A stretch of 64,000 bases of DNA from Octopus sinensis (Eukaryota), in the NCBI RefSeq assembly GCF_006345805.1, contig NC_043003.1, positions 26,722,001 to 26,786,000 of the forward strand. The letters run 5' to 3'. A program made the position numbers and the translations under genes. Within the stretch, counting starts at the first letter, position 1. Every line of letters begins with the position of its first letter. Shown here one piece after another: positions 38,449 through 51,857 of the stretch. The notes under the pieces are model-generated. The model made no database searches. It was not told the DNA's origin and saw only the letters and a list, made by a program, of their open reading frames with translations.

Positions 38449-41400
38449 GATACTTTGATACTTTGATAGGTTTCGGCCATTATTGGCCCAGGCCATGTCT
38501 AACTTAATAGCACCACCTGGTGAAGTCTTTCAAGTCAGAATTTGGGCACTATGGCCCACTCAAGTAGAGAGTTATTGTTTACAGAGACATATCGGGTGTA
38601 GGGGTTTATCCGGGATTTCTTGAAGGAATCTGTCCAAAGACTTCTTGAACCCTATAGGGTCAGTTTCTGGTTTAATGTGTTTGTGTAATGTTAAAGAGAG
38701 CGGGGCCAATTGAGGTGAAATAATTGTGCCGTATTGTTGTTATGAGATGAGAGTGCGATTTTTGTTTTGGGCGGATGGCACGGGGCCCAAGCCTTGGATG
38801 TACCTTGAAGGTGATGCCAACATCATTTGGGCAATGCTGATGGAATATTTTCCACATCATGCAGATGATGTAGCGCTCACGACGACGTTGGAGAGAATAG
38901 AGTTTTAGCTTTTCTAGTTCGACCCCAATAGTCGAGGCCTGTCATGCCATCTATCTTTTTTGTGATTGCCCTTTGAGGTGCTTCAACTTTTATGATACCT
39001 TGTATTGTGTGGGGAGACCACAGTGGACAACAGTATTCAAGGTGGGGTCGGGCAAAAGTGGAGAAGAGAAGGATAATGGTGTGGATATCTCTCGACTGGA
39101 AAGTTCTGAGAATCCAGGAACACATTCTGCGGGCCATGTCAACTTGGTGTTTATATGAGTGGCCAGCTTATGTTGTTGTCCACAATTACTCCCAAGTCTC
39201 TGATGTTGTTGGACGCCGCGAGAGTTTCACCTGAAGGAAGGGAGTATGGGAGTTTCAGGGCATCCTCTTTTCCAAAGTGGATAGCTCAAATTTATCCTCG
39301 TTCAGCAGCATATTGTTTTTTCTGCCATTGGATAACAGCCAGTAGATCTGACTGAAGGCATGTCGGTCACTCGCCTCATTTATGACCTCTGTAGCTTGGA
39401 GTCATCTGCAAAGATTTTTATGTTGCTGTGCTTGATGATGTCATTAATGTCATTAATGTAAATGATGAAAAGAAGTGGGCCCAGCACAGTGCCTTGCGGA
39501 ACGCCACTACTGACTTTGGCTGGGCTTGATTTTACCCCTTCAACTACAACATGTTGAGATCTGTCTGTCAGGAAACACTTGATCCATTTCAGTAACTTTC
39601 CAGAAGACACCAATGTTGGATAGTTTTTTCAATAGGATCTTGTGATCGACCCTGTCGAAGGCCTTACTGAAATCAAGGTAGATGACATCTGACTGTGAAG
39701 TCTCCTCAAAGCTCCTCAAAAAGTCTCAATGTCCTCAAGTGATGCAGGAGCTGCGTTAGGCAGTCCTTCCATTACGGAACCCATGTTGGTTGGAGATCAG
39801 CCGTCTGTTGCTTTCCAGAAATTGGGTTATTCGAGATCTCACCACCCTCTCAAATACCTTGATGATATGAGAGGTGAGTGAGATCGGACGGTAATTCACT
39901 GCAAGGGACTTGTTTCCCTTTTTGAAAACTGGGACAACAGACTGGGACAGAAGGTTTTTTGGAATATAGCCAGCATCCAGTGAGTTTCTCCACAGATTAG
40001 CAAGGGGAGATGCAAGTTGGTGTCGACACACCTTCAGGACACAAGCAGGAACCTATCGGGGCCTACTGCTGAATTGTGTTTTATTTCGTTTATCGCCGCT
40101 AAGACTCAGGGGCACTAAACGTTATGTCCGATATAGTGTGTTGGGGGTTGACATCACTGATACAGCCCAGATCGGCCATATCAGGATTGCTGAAAACAGA
40201 GCAGTATTGTTTCTGCAGTATCTCGGCCATGGATTTGGCATTATCTTGGAGAGTGCCAGTTTCGTCAATTAGAGGGCCTACAGTGGAGACAGTGACCCTG
40301 CGTTTCCTCGCAAAGGAAAAGAACACTTTGGGGTTGAGTTTGATTTTTTCAATGGCCCACTTCTCCTCAGCTGATCTTTGGTTATTGATGAGGGTCTTCA
40401 TGCATTGTTGGAGGTTATATTTTTAGATTCAACAGTGCGATAGCCGTCGAATGTGTGTGTTGTGTTAGCAGTACTTTAGTTGTTAATTTTGTTTTGTTCT
40501 TTTTATTTTTCTGATAATGGTTTTTCTGTTTGGGGATTCTGCACTTTTTGTTCACAAGGTCTTGGTGGGGAGTGTTTTGCACATATGTCTGTGACGGTGT
40601 CTACAAAGATCTGCCAAGATGTTTTATGGTTGGGGAGATGTGTGTATGTGTAAAGGACCAGTCAACATGTGATAGCTCGTTCCTGATTGCATCCCAGTTG
40701 GCATTATGAGATCCATGTTGTCAAATGGGTGGGCTGGAGGAAGGTCACTAGGATTAGCTTTAAGCTGGTGGAATTTCATGTTACAGAGAACCATGTCATG
40801 GTCTGAAAGAAGGGTTTTTTCCACTGTAACGTTATGTATAGTGTTAGTGTGGTTACTAAACACTAGGTCCAAAATGTTCTGATGTCTTGTTGGTGCAAGG
40901 ACAAGTTGGGACAAGAAAAACTCATTCGTAAAGTCGAAAAGTGACTCTGCTGCTTCTTTGTCAGCGGTTGAGGCGGGAGTGCTTGGTTTCAACAGTTTGT
41001 AGTCCAGTCAAACAGGGTAGATTGAAGTCTCCCATCATGAGTATGTTGCTAGAATGGCACTGTTGAATAAGCACTTAATGCTGTTGAGGCATTTTAAAGC
41101 ACAGTATGGGTGTTTGGGGCGGCCTATAGAGCCCAATTACTGTCAGGTCATTGGCTTTGTTGTGCACGGTGACTGATTCACAGTAGCCGTTGGAGAATAT
41201 ACTATTTCCATCTGCCGTAAATGAATCATGCAGGAAAATGGCAGTTCCACCCTTCCTCCTGCCGATACGATCCGCGCGGATGGTTGTGAAATTCTTCACT
41301 CTCACTTCGGCTTCCAAGTGGGAGTTGTCAAGGTGGGTCTCAGTGAGAATGAAGAAAGGGATGTGGTGTGAATGGTTACCAACCCAGTCTTCAATGAATT

Positions 41401-42500
41401 GGACCTTCCATTTTTGTGCATTGATGGAAGGGCTGACACCTTGTGCATTGAGTAGGAATGTGGAGGTTAGTGTAGTGGCTGGTTTTGACTGTTGCAGGGG
41501 GCTTGGATTTTTGTGTGTGTTAGTGGCAGCAATGTGGGAATTGGTGCACTGGGGTAATAGCATAGGATGGTGTTGAGTGATGGCTAGAATGTTTTGTGTA
41601 TCTCTTTTGCCATGTTCAACATGGCTAAAAAAGAATTTTCTGCTTAGGGAGCAGTTTTTGCTGGAGGTGTGGTTGCACTGTTGGATAGGGTTGTAGTTTC
41701 CACTTTTGTGTTGTTGTTTGTGTCTCCTGAAAAGACTGGACCAGCATTACTGCAGCATGGTGTGTTTCTATTTTTATTGTTATTCAGGTTTGTGTGTTGG
41801 CTTGAGGCCCCGTTTCTGTTTGTGCGTCGGGTCCCTGGAAGATGAGTGAAGGGACAGTCACTCAGTAGACATGTTCTCTCACGTTGGGAATACCGGCAGA
41901 TTTTGGACTCCGAGTTGTGTGTGTTTTGAATTCGATTTACTATTTGGTGGTGTTGATGTTATTGTGGGATGCGTGCTTTGGCCTTGGCCGGTAGTGCGTC
42001 TAGTGCCGGGTAGATGCGTGAAGATGCAGTCACTATTTGTGCAGAGTCTCTGGCGCAGTGAATAGCGGCATATTTGGGGATTTCTTGTTTGTGCCGTGGG
42101 GGGCGCATTCTGCTTCCTATGTTTCTTTAAGTTTTTGTTACTGCAGTAGTATTGAGGTGGTGATGTGGGGAAGAGGGCAATGGTTTCTTATTTGGTTTCT
42201 GTTGGTATTTTGGTGATAGAAGACGATGGTGGCAGCGGTGGTGATGATGATGATGATAATTGTGGTGGTTGCTGTGAGAGCGGTGAAAAGATACTGGCAT
42301 TTAGTGAATCGTCTAGTAAGCTAGAGTTGAGGAGTGGCTGTTGTTGTTCTTGTTGCTGTGGCTGTTGTTGGTTGTTGTTGCTTGACCGATGTTAGGGTCA
42401 GCCATTGTGCTGGGAACCAGGAGTGGCTCATTCTGTTGTTGTTGTTGTGGCTGCTGATTTTCTAGCTGTTGCTGTTCTTGAACTGTGAAAATATGAAGAA
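38446..42500 (-). mobile_element. Near full-length decayed CR1/L2-group LINE (CCCH ORF1, APE endonuclease, RT)
   Basis: EN: LNAQG, LTETHL, LYRPP, MGDFNLP, LDLVFSN, SDHD. RT: YRPISLTS, QHGFR, LDFSKAFDRV, GVPQGTVLGP, FADD. Tail (CAAAGTAT)n. Many frameshifts. Confidence 0.95.
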
Positions 42501-42829
42501 GCTTTTCAAAACGGCCATTTGTCAGTTTGAAAGATACTTCGATATGTTTCAGCTTGCTATCTATCTATCTATCTGCCTGTCTGCCTGTCTATCTAACTAG
42601 CGACGGAGGCAATATTAATACCGAGGGGTAACATCTATTCTCACTTTAATGTGGATGTTCTGTTAGAACAAGTTATACTGCAGTAGATACCACGAGTGAA
42701 ACTCATACAGACATATGGTGCAAAATGCACGCTTGTTTCTCTCATTGTATCGACTGCAGTAAAGTTTGTTCTAGTAGAACATCCACGTTATCTGGGGTTA
42801 TATATGTATGTGTGTGTTTGCTACAATAA

Positions 42830-42946
42830 GTGCTAGGCTTACGAAGAATAAGTCCTGAGGTCGATTTTCTCGACTAAATGCGGTGCTCCAGCATGGCCGC
42901 AGTCAAATGACTGAAACAAGTAAAAGAGTAAAATAGTATATATACA

Positions 42947-42986
<40 letters not shown>

Positions 42987-43228
42987 ATATATATATATAT
43001 ATTATATATATATATATACATACATACATACATATATATATATATAATATATATATAGAGAGAGAGAGAGAGAGTAGGAGTGGCTGTGTGGTAAGTATAT
43101 TGCTTACGAACCACATGGTTCCGGGTGCCACTGCGTTGCACCTTGGGCAAGTGTCTTCTACTATAGCCTCGGGCCGACCAAAGCCTTGTGAGGAGATTTG
43201 GTAGATGGAAACTGAAAGAAGCCCGTCG

Positions 43229-43278
<50 letters not shown>

Positions 43279-43470
43279 TGTGTGTGTGTTTGTGTGTCTG
43301 TGTTTGTCCCCTCAACATCGCTTGACAACCGATGCTGGTGTGTTTACGTCACCGTAACTTAGCGGTTCGTCAAAAGAGACCGATAGAATAAGTCCTGGGC
43401 TTACAAAGAATAAGTCCTGGGGGTTATGCTCCAGCATGGCCACAGTCAAATGACTGAAACAAGTGAAAGA
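42830..43470 (+). mobile_element. SINE family B (tail fragment plus full copy)
   Basis: Matches family consensus. Confidence 0.88.
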
Positions 43471-43789
43471 GCATATATATATGTGTGTGTGTGTGTGTGT
43501 GTATGCACATGCAGTCTAACACAAATATGTATATGTGTGTGAGTGTGAATGTGTAACTCCTTGTGTATGTATGTGTGTGTGTGGTGTGTGTGTGTGTGTG
43601 AGTACGCGCGCGTTCTCATCAGCTTCTAAACATATTTCGCGCCACTTACTCGTTACAAAGCCGCCGTTGTTTCGCTCCGACCTAGCGTGAAAACAGCACG
43701 ATAGAATTATGAAGTGCTACATATTTAATGACTTTCATCTAACTTTGTTATGCCGGTGCCGCCTTCACCACCGCTACAGCTCCACCACC

Positions 43790-44256
43790 ACCACCACTTC
43801 CACAACAGAATCATCAACATAACCACCACCACCACAACCACAACCATCACTGCTATCTCATCTACTTCACCGTCACTCCATCACTGTTATGATATCCACC
43901 GACAGTTATAAATTATCATCACCACAGCCACCACTACCACCACCAACACCACAACCAGTAGCACTACTAGCACTCCACCAACACCGACACCACCTCAGCA
44001 TATACCAGTATTAATGGCACCATCGCCACCACCACCACCACCACCACCACCATCAACGCCATCTCACCGTCGCCGTCGCCCCACATGAATGTATATTGTT
44101 ATAGATCTGCTGATCAAGATTGTCGTAGGGTTAAATAATTACCACCACCACCACCGTAACAACAACTACAACAACAAAAACTACTACCACTACTACAACT
44201 ACTACTACTACTACTACTACTACTACCACTACTACTACTAATACTACTACTACCAC

Positions 44257-44296
<40 letters not shown>

Positions 44297-44333
44297 GCTA
44301 CTACTACTACTACTGATACAACTACTGCTGCTG

Positions 44334-44368
<35 letters not shown>

Positions 44369-44403
44369 GCTGCTGCTGCTGCCACTACTACTACTACTAC
44401 TAC

Positions 44404-44437
<34 letters not shown>

Positions 44438-44440
44438 CAC
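43790..44440. repeat. (ACC)n/(ACT)n tracts
   Basis: Direct reading. Confidence 0.95.
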
Positions 44441-45299
44441 TTGAAAGGAAATATTATACGGTATAATCTTCTCTATAGTTTAAATGTTCGTTTCAATTTG
44501 GCCTGTAATTTTTCTCAACTTTGTAAGACATTTACTTGCAGACTATATAAAATATAAGATACTAAATTTAAAATAATCTTACAGTGAGTTTCAGCTGCAC
44601 CAAAAAATTCGCTTCTTCGATGGCAAGTTATAAACTGAAAAAATGCTCTCTGTACAAACATGCAAAACTCTTTTCTATATTGGTGCAACGATCGTTTCAA
44701 CGATGTATACCTTTCTAAATCATTAGTTTTTGAGACTAACGTCTCCCTTGCAAGTATCAGTGAAACAACCAGATATGTAAGTCTTACAGGAAGTTCCCTT
44801 AAAATATATTGTCACAACATACGTATACATCCAAGCACTCAAAAAGATAGCGCTTCACAGCCTAAATGTTACCTGGAATTTAAAGAATGATAGGTTTAAC
44901 ACTCATAAAACCGATCACCCTATTATACTATAGGTATCGCTTTTCTTTAATTGCTTAGCTAAAGTGTGATCTCTACCGCTCGGAGAATTATAATATTCTA
45001 TTGTAGATTTTCGAAAAGTTCCAGAGAAATCACAAATAGTAAACAGTTCAATCACTATCGAGGAATTACCCAGTAGTAAGAGGAGCAAAGATGTTAGTTG
45101 AAGGAAGGTAAAACAGTGGGCTTTTCGGAGCTAGAAGGCAAAGCTACGAACAGTAAATTTTGCAGGGAAAATTATTCTGATCAGAAATAATTCTGAAAGG
45201 TATCGTGAACAAAAATAATTTTCAATGGCTAAAGAAGGGAAACATAGAGAAAAAGGAATAAGCAATCAGAAAAAGGCACATCAAAAACAATATAAATAA

Positions 45300-45420
45300 G
45301 GGAGACATCTAGGCTGCATGTAGGATATGTAGCGAAAGAGAAGAGATGGTTGCATATATAGTCTTTCAATTAAGACGGTTGCTTGGAGGGTCTATAAGAA
45401 CTAGAGACATGGTAAAGCTG
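45300..45420 (+). mobile_element. Possible RLE-type non-LTR remnant (CCHC knuckle)
   Basis: CRICSEREEMVAYIV resembles CRxCxxxxETxxHI. Confidence 0.3.
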
Positions 45421-45924
45421 CCGCAATCATACATTAGCGATTCTGTAAAATATCTGGATTTGAACATGTGGAAAAACACACACACAGAAAACATAAATCA
45501 GAAGACGTCCTTGAAAACGACCATTTAAAGATACGACAAAATATGAATATTCAAACGGATAGGCGGACAGCACATAGAGGTCCAGATATTGTTGTATTCA
45601 GCGGAAGAAAGCGAGTGTTGGCTAATTGATGGTACTTGATATAAGTGTGCTAGAAAAAACACGAGAGAAAACAGAAAATTACGGATTTCAGGGCATCAGG
45701 AATTGCTGTAAAGTTGTCATATGTCTAGTTGTAATAGGAGGCCTAAGATGAGTTGCCAAAAGTTCAAATGATTGGCTGAAGAGGTTGGACAGTGAAGTGG
45801 AGTTCCTGATACAAAAGAATGTTTGTTTGCTTGCTACAACAACGATTAAGAAGAATGTACAAGATTCAAAATGTAGCTTGGTATCTAGCAATGAAATACC
45901 AACAGAAACGAAATACTGACGAGA

Positions 45925-45943
45925 ACGATAATAATAATAATAA

Positions 45944-46039
<96 letters not shown>

Positions 46040-46046
46040 TAATAAT

Positions 46047-46086
<40 letters not shown>

Positions 46087-46140
46087 TATTATTATTATTA
46101 TTATTATTATAATAACGATGATGATGATAATAATAATAAT
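45925..46140. repeat. (TAA)n microsatellite
   Basis: Direct reading. Confidence 0.97.
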
Positions 46141-46149
46141 AATCTTAGT

Positions 46150-46480
46150 CGAATAAATCGATCCCAGTACTTACTTTTAAAGCCTGGTACTTATTCTATC
46201 GATCTTTTTTTACCGAACTACTAAGTTACGGGGATGTAAACGCACGCACCAAAACTGCTTGTCAAATAGTGATGGTGGTGGTGGTGGAGACAAATACAGA
46301 CACAAAGACACACACACACACACACACATACATACGCGCGCGCGTACACACACACATGATAGGTATCTTTCAGTTTCCGTCTACCAAATCCACACACAAG
46401 GTTTTGGTCAACCCGAGGCTATAGTAGAAGTCAACTGCCCAAGGTGTCTTCTACTGAACCCGGAAACATGTGGTTAGAGA
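46150..46480 (-). mobile_element. SINE family B
   Basis: Reverse-complement match to family. Confidence 0.8.
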
Positions 46481-46517
46481 GCACATGCAAATATACATGT
46501 GAGTGTAATGATGTGTG

Positions 46518-46554
<37 letters not shown>

Positions 46555-46679
46555 AATAAACATTACATGATCCAACAAAAATACACTTATTGCCGAAAAG
46601 TGACTCGTTTCGGGCAGAAAGTATTCCTCATTCTTTACATTTTTGCCAATATGTCAGTCTTAAACTAGTTTATTAAATA

Positions 46680-46724
<45 letters not shown>

Positions 46725-46766
46725 TATTATTATATTATATTATTATTATATCGTTATTATTATATT

Positions 46767-46799
<33 letters not shown>

Positions 46800-46805
46800 T
46801 ATTAG

Positions 46806-46841
<36 letters not shown>

Positions 46842-46842
46842 T

Positions 46843-47620
46843 GCTTCAAGTTTCAGTCCGAGGACTGCGGCCATGCTGGGCATCGCCATTTGCGTTGATA
46901 CACTTTCACTAAACCTCCTCTGATATATGACATTTGGTGGATGAGGGAGTTCGACGTTGCTGTCCTCATCTGTGTTTCTTGCCTTGAAGTAGGTTCATCC
47001 GGAACTCTTGACAGAAGGAGATCTATTGTTGTTTTGAAAAACGCCTACATCCATGCTATACAGATCTCTCAGGTTCTGTAGGAGGATATTGAAGAGCTGT
47101 TGGCCTTTGAAGTCCAAACTGTTGCAGTATCAAGATTGATACTATCCTGAAGGCAGTTTTGAAATTTTTGGTACTATGCAGTCGCGCCCCCATCCTGCTG
47201 TTTGTTTAAGTTTTTTTTTAGGATTATCCAGATGTATATTACTGCATGTCTTTCTCGCCTTCGCTCCAGTAGTTGATATGTCGCTTTGTGTCGATCTTCT
47301 TGGTGTATATTCGCTGGATCGCCTTGTGTTCCGTCGTTAATTTTACACTGTTTGGTGACCACAGTTGGGAGCAGAAATCCAGATGGCTGGAGTCAAAAGA
47401 CCTCCTGATCCCATCATGGTTTCCTTATCTTCGAAGGCTCCATCCGGTCAGGCGTCTGTATTTTATTGCCAACTTGGAAATGTGCACCCGGAAAGATGCA
47501 TCATTACTCATGTCGATGCCTATTTTGATTGAGGGATTGCAATCCCTCCTGGGCCAGTGTATCCTACATAATTTTTCATTGTTTACTTTTTCCTTTAAGT
47601 TGCAGGTTTAGTTATGTTAA
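46843..47620 (-). mobile_element. CR1/L2-group LINE 3' fragment (second subfamily)
   Basis: YQLLERRRERHAVIYIWIIL and GPQLFNILL-like C-terminus; stem-loop 3' end then (TAA)n. Confidence 0.85.
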
Positions 47621-47869
47621 TTTAAACTCCACACATACACATATAAGATTACTTGGAAATGGATGCGTGGCGTTCAATCAAATAATACAAATAATATATA
47701 TGTATGTATGCATGTATGTATATATGCATGTATGTATGTATGTATGTATGTATGTATGTATGTATGTATGTATGTATGTATGTATGTATGTATGTGTGTA
47801 TGTATGTATATATATATATGTATGTATGTATATATATATACACAGATATGTATATATAGGTACAGGACG

Positions 47870-48170
47870 TCACCAAGAGTAAACAACGTGAAATACGAAA
47901 ATAAATGGCTTCAATACGCAAACAACGAGAGAAACAAATGGAAAACAGGACAAGTAACAAAAAGAACGACCCTTCATCAGGTGTCGGCTGTCTATCTACT
48001 CATTTTCGAGCATTCAACGACAATGAGAGTCTTCGAAGACAGTTGCTCCCATAAGTACCACAATAAAATATGGGATTTATGGAGGGTCAAAGTTGGGAAC
48101 AAAAACAGGACAGTGGAGACATACAAGGAAACCGAACGAAAACAGACATGGAGTGTCATTTAACCAGAAA
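47870..48170 (-). mobile_element. PLE-like terminal repeat related to the 18.4-kb element
   Basis: GTACAGGAC..CA..A.AAAC..CG.G start and CTGATGAAGGG motif shared. Confidence 0.45.
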
Positions 48171-48574
48171 GAGGGTAAAATAGTGAACGCTATATTTTGC
48201 GTGTATTTTGCGAGTGGGGTGAGTTTTCGTCACTAGCTGGTGATTAACACACACTGAGGACGAGTAACCATCCAGAAACTCGAGTCCGTGTGTATCACGT
48301 CAGGCTAGGGATGGGAGCGATGACACCCCCTCACAAAAATGCTAATTGGACACATAATGTGTGTCATTATCCAGGTAGAGGAGATGTCTTCCTGGGGCTA
48401 TAAACACCAGTAGCACTGTACCGTATGGGACGTTGGCAATAATATGTTACGATTCCGTATTGCTACTGTTTACATCTCGCTCAGAGATTTAATATAGCCT
48501 ATATCCTATATATATATATAAATATCTGTTATATTTATATGTATATACATATATACATACATACATATATATTA

Positions 48575-48612
<38 letters not shown>

Positions 48613-48623
48613 TATTATATAAC

Positions 48624-48655
<32 letters not shown>

Positions 48656-49079
48656 TACTTATATATACACACACACATATATATCCATGTATATAAATAT
48701 ATATATATATATATCCTTATAATATATATGTATACATACACACGATGCATATATATATTACTCTTTTACTGTTTTACTTGTTTCAGTTATTTGAGTGTGG
48801 CCATGCTGGAGCACCGCTTTTTATTTGAAGAAATTGACCCCTGGACTTATTCTTTGTAACCTTACTGATTATTCTATCGTTCTCTTCTGCCGAACCGTTA
48901 AGTTACGGGACGTAAACACACTAACATCGGTTCTTCTTTAAAAAATGTTATTGGTATAGATGTACACTGGACTAAAAATTTTGAAAAAATGTACATCCGT
49001 ACCAGTAACTTTTTTTAAACAACATCTTTTTTAAACAGTAACTCTCTCATTCAATTGACTACCCAGAAATTCATCCTTT

Positions 49080-49168
49080 TCTCTGACGAGTGGATGCATT
49101 ACATAATAATGATTATCAATTTTGGATTTCATTGCGAAGAGTAATACTTTAATGAAACGATCGTAAGA
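49080..49168 (+). ncRNA. Type I hammerhead, decayed stem II
   Basis: TCT-CTGACGA-GTGG...TAAT-GAAAC-GATC-GTA|AGA; palindromic ACGATCGT. Confidence 0.65.
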
Positions 49169-49286
49169 TATCTCAAACTTTTTAGATAATGATAATTATA
49201 TATTTATCTATTAATACAATATTATTTATATCTTATGTGATTATTTGATGTAATTTTTCCTGCTCTTACTTTATAGTACACACACA

Positions 49287-50054
49287 GTGTTCGTCACTTC
49301 GTGTATTTCACGTTCTTTATATATAAAGTTTTATTCTATATTATCGCAGCGTACGTGCACAAAATCCATTTATGTTTGTCATATCTCCACCCTTGCACGA
49401 CTTCTTTATACTTTCTCTTTCCCATCCGCCATTGCTTCTTCACCAAGGTATTTTGGCGCGTCTTTACCAAGTTATTTTGGCGTCTCTTCCTCCTATCCTC
49501 TTTAATTCCTTCTTTCTCTCTCTCTTGGTCATTGCTTCTGTCCTCTGCCTTCCACCCTCCTTAATCCCCTCTCTCTCTTACCCCCTTTCTCTCTCTTACC
49601 CTCTTCTCTCTCTCACCCTCTTGCAACCTGCTGCTTCTAAGCCATTCCGTTGGCGATAGCCGCTTGTTCCACACGTGTCCCCTCTACCGAAAAGGTAATT
49701 GTTTTCCACGCTTGCTGATCAATTGTTTTTGTCTCATTTTGTCTCAAAGTCGTAAGTCACTCCTTGTCACTCTTGTTTTTAACCGTTACTGTTTCCAATT
49801 TTGTCTTCGTTTCTTGTTTTCATATACTTCTCTGTTGCGTTTACATTCTTTCCTTCTACCACAGAAATCTAATGCCCACAGCTTAGTTTTTCCTTGGGGC
49901 TGGCCGATTTGGAGCAAATCTCAGAATTAAACAGCCGAAATTTGCCATGATGATTCGGTTTCTGACTGAAGAATGAAGGCTTCGAATGACTTGTCTGTTT
50001 CCGTGTTCGTCACTTCGTGTATTTCACGTTCTTATATATAAAGTTTTATTCTAT
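49287..50054 (+). mobile_element. ~770-bp element with ~52-bp terminal direct repeats and an HHR-like motif (PLE/retrozyme-like)
   Basis: GTGTTCGTCACTTCG...TTTTATTCTAT at 49287 and 50003; CTGAAGA...CGAATGACTTGTC at 49966-49995. Confidence 0.7.
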
Positions 50055-50056
50055 GT

Positions 50057-50116
<60 letters not shown>

Positions 50117-50129
50117 TATATATATGCAC

Positions 50130-50464
50130 GCATGTATATATGTAATTGAAATAATAGTTTCACTAAGTATAAATTATATACATAGTGCAAATATTAATAG
50201 TGAACCTATTAAAACTGAAACTATTATCTCACATTACAATAGAGATGCTATTGTTTCACTTTTGACACGTAATATTGAAACACTTTAAGAGATTGCTCCG
50301 GACTCGCATTAGGCCAGAGGTTGAAAATTACTTTGGCCCATGATACTCCATAGACCCTAAGTAATGCATGTTTGAAATTTGAATGAAATCGGTTACGTAG
50401 TTCTCGAGTTTTATTGATGCACACATACATACATACATACATACATAAAGACGCACATTCTCAT

Positions 50465-50470
<6 letters not shown>
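50130..50470 (+). mobile_element. Helitron/Helentron-like non-autonomous element end
   Basis: AAATTTGAATGAAATCGGTTACGTAGTTCTCGAG-(ACAT)n-CACATTCTCATTATTATA pattern. Confidence 0.4.
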
Positions 50471-50499
<29 letters not shown>

Positions 50500-50501
<2 letters not shown>

Positions 50502-51732
50502 AGGTCATCCCATAAGTTCTGTCCGAATTTTGAATAAAGAAAACAAGTGATCAAATGTTATATTTAATTGAAATTTAATCATGAATGTACTTTCCCTGAT
50601 TATCTATGACTTCCTTCCATCTATTTACAAGCTTTTTAATCCCTTTTGGTTTCAAAGCGAAGGACTCGGAAATGTCAGTTTCGACCTCCTCCTGGCTTGT
50701 GAAAGTTATGTCCTCCAGATGATTCTGTAAACTACGAAACAAATGGAAGTCTGAAGGAGCATGATCGGGAGAATAAGGTGGATGGGTGAGGAATTTTTTC
50801 TCAACCAAGCTCTTCGATCTTCTGTGATGTCATCTTTGCAGTGTGGCGTCGCGCATTGTCCTGATGAAACATCACTCCTTTTCGATTCACTAAAGCGGGA
50901 CTTTTTTTCTTCAAAGCTTGCTTCAGACGCTCTAATTGCTGACAGTAGACTTGAGCATTGATTGTTGCATTAGGTGGTAACAATTCAAAGTGAATTACTC
51001 CTTTGCAATCCCACCAGATAGAGAGAAGAACGGTTGTGGTTAAGCTTTTTCCCTTTTACCAAGCCAGTGTTTACGACGTTTAACATTTCGATAGAAGAAC
51101 CATTTTTCGTCACCAGTCACAAGTCTATCCAAAAAGGGTGAAATGAGTTCGCGAGAATGGAGAGAAAAGCAGATGTCAACTCGGGATTGGCGGTTGCTTT
51201 CGGACAATTCACGAGGCACCCATTTTCCAAGTTTAGGAACCTTTCCAAGTTGTTGAAGATGACGATGAACAGTTGTATGGTTTGAAGTAAGCTTTATTGC
51301 CATTTCTTCAACTGATAATGCAGGATTTTCTTCAAGTAATGCCTCAAGGAGCTTATCCTTAAACTCAACTTGACGTCCTGTTCGATCTTCATCTTCAAGG
51401 CTGAAATCTCCACTTCTGAATTTTGCAAACCATCTTCTGCATGTTCTTACATTCAAGCATTCTTTCCCATAAACTGAGTGTATGTTTCGAGTCGCTTCGG
51501 TTGCCGAGTTTCCTTTTTTGTACTCATAAAGCGTTATGTGCCTCAAATGTTCTTTGGATACTTGCATGTTAGAAAGGGTTTTTATTTTATTATTCTGTAA
51601 AATGATATTTAATTAGTTTAAATGTACACAAATGCATAAAAATAATTTTTAATTCCATTTGACATTTTAAAGTACTCTATTTAATTCAATTGTAAAAATA
51701 GTAAATCGGACAGAACTTATGGGATGACCTGA
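50500..51732 (-). mobile_element. Mariner (DD34D) element with both TIRs, internally deleted transposase
   Basis: TIR CAGGTCATCCCATAAGTTCTGTCCGA at both ends within TA runs; WVPREL, VTGDEKW, HQDNA and YSPDHAPSDFHLF motifs; stops and deletion. Confidence 0.97.
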
Positions 51733-51742
51733 TATATATATA

Positions 51743-51814
<72 letters not shown>

Positions 51815-51857
51815 ATATAATATATATTATATATATATATATATATACATAACAACA

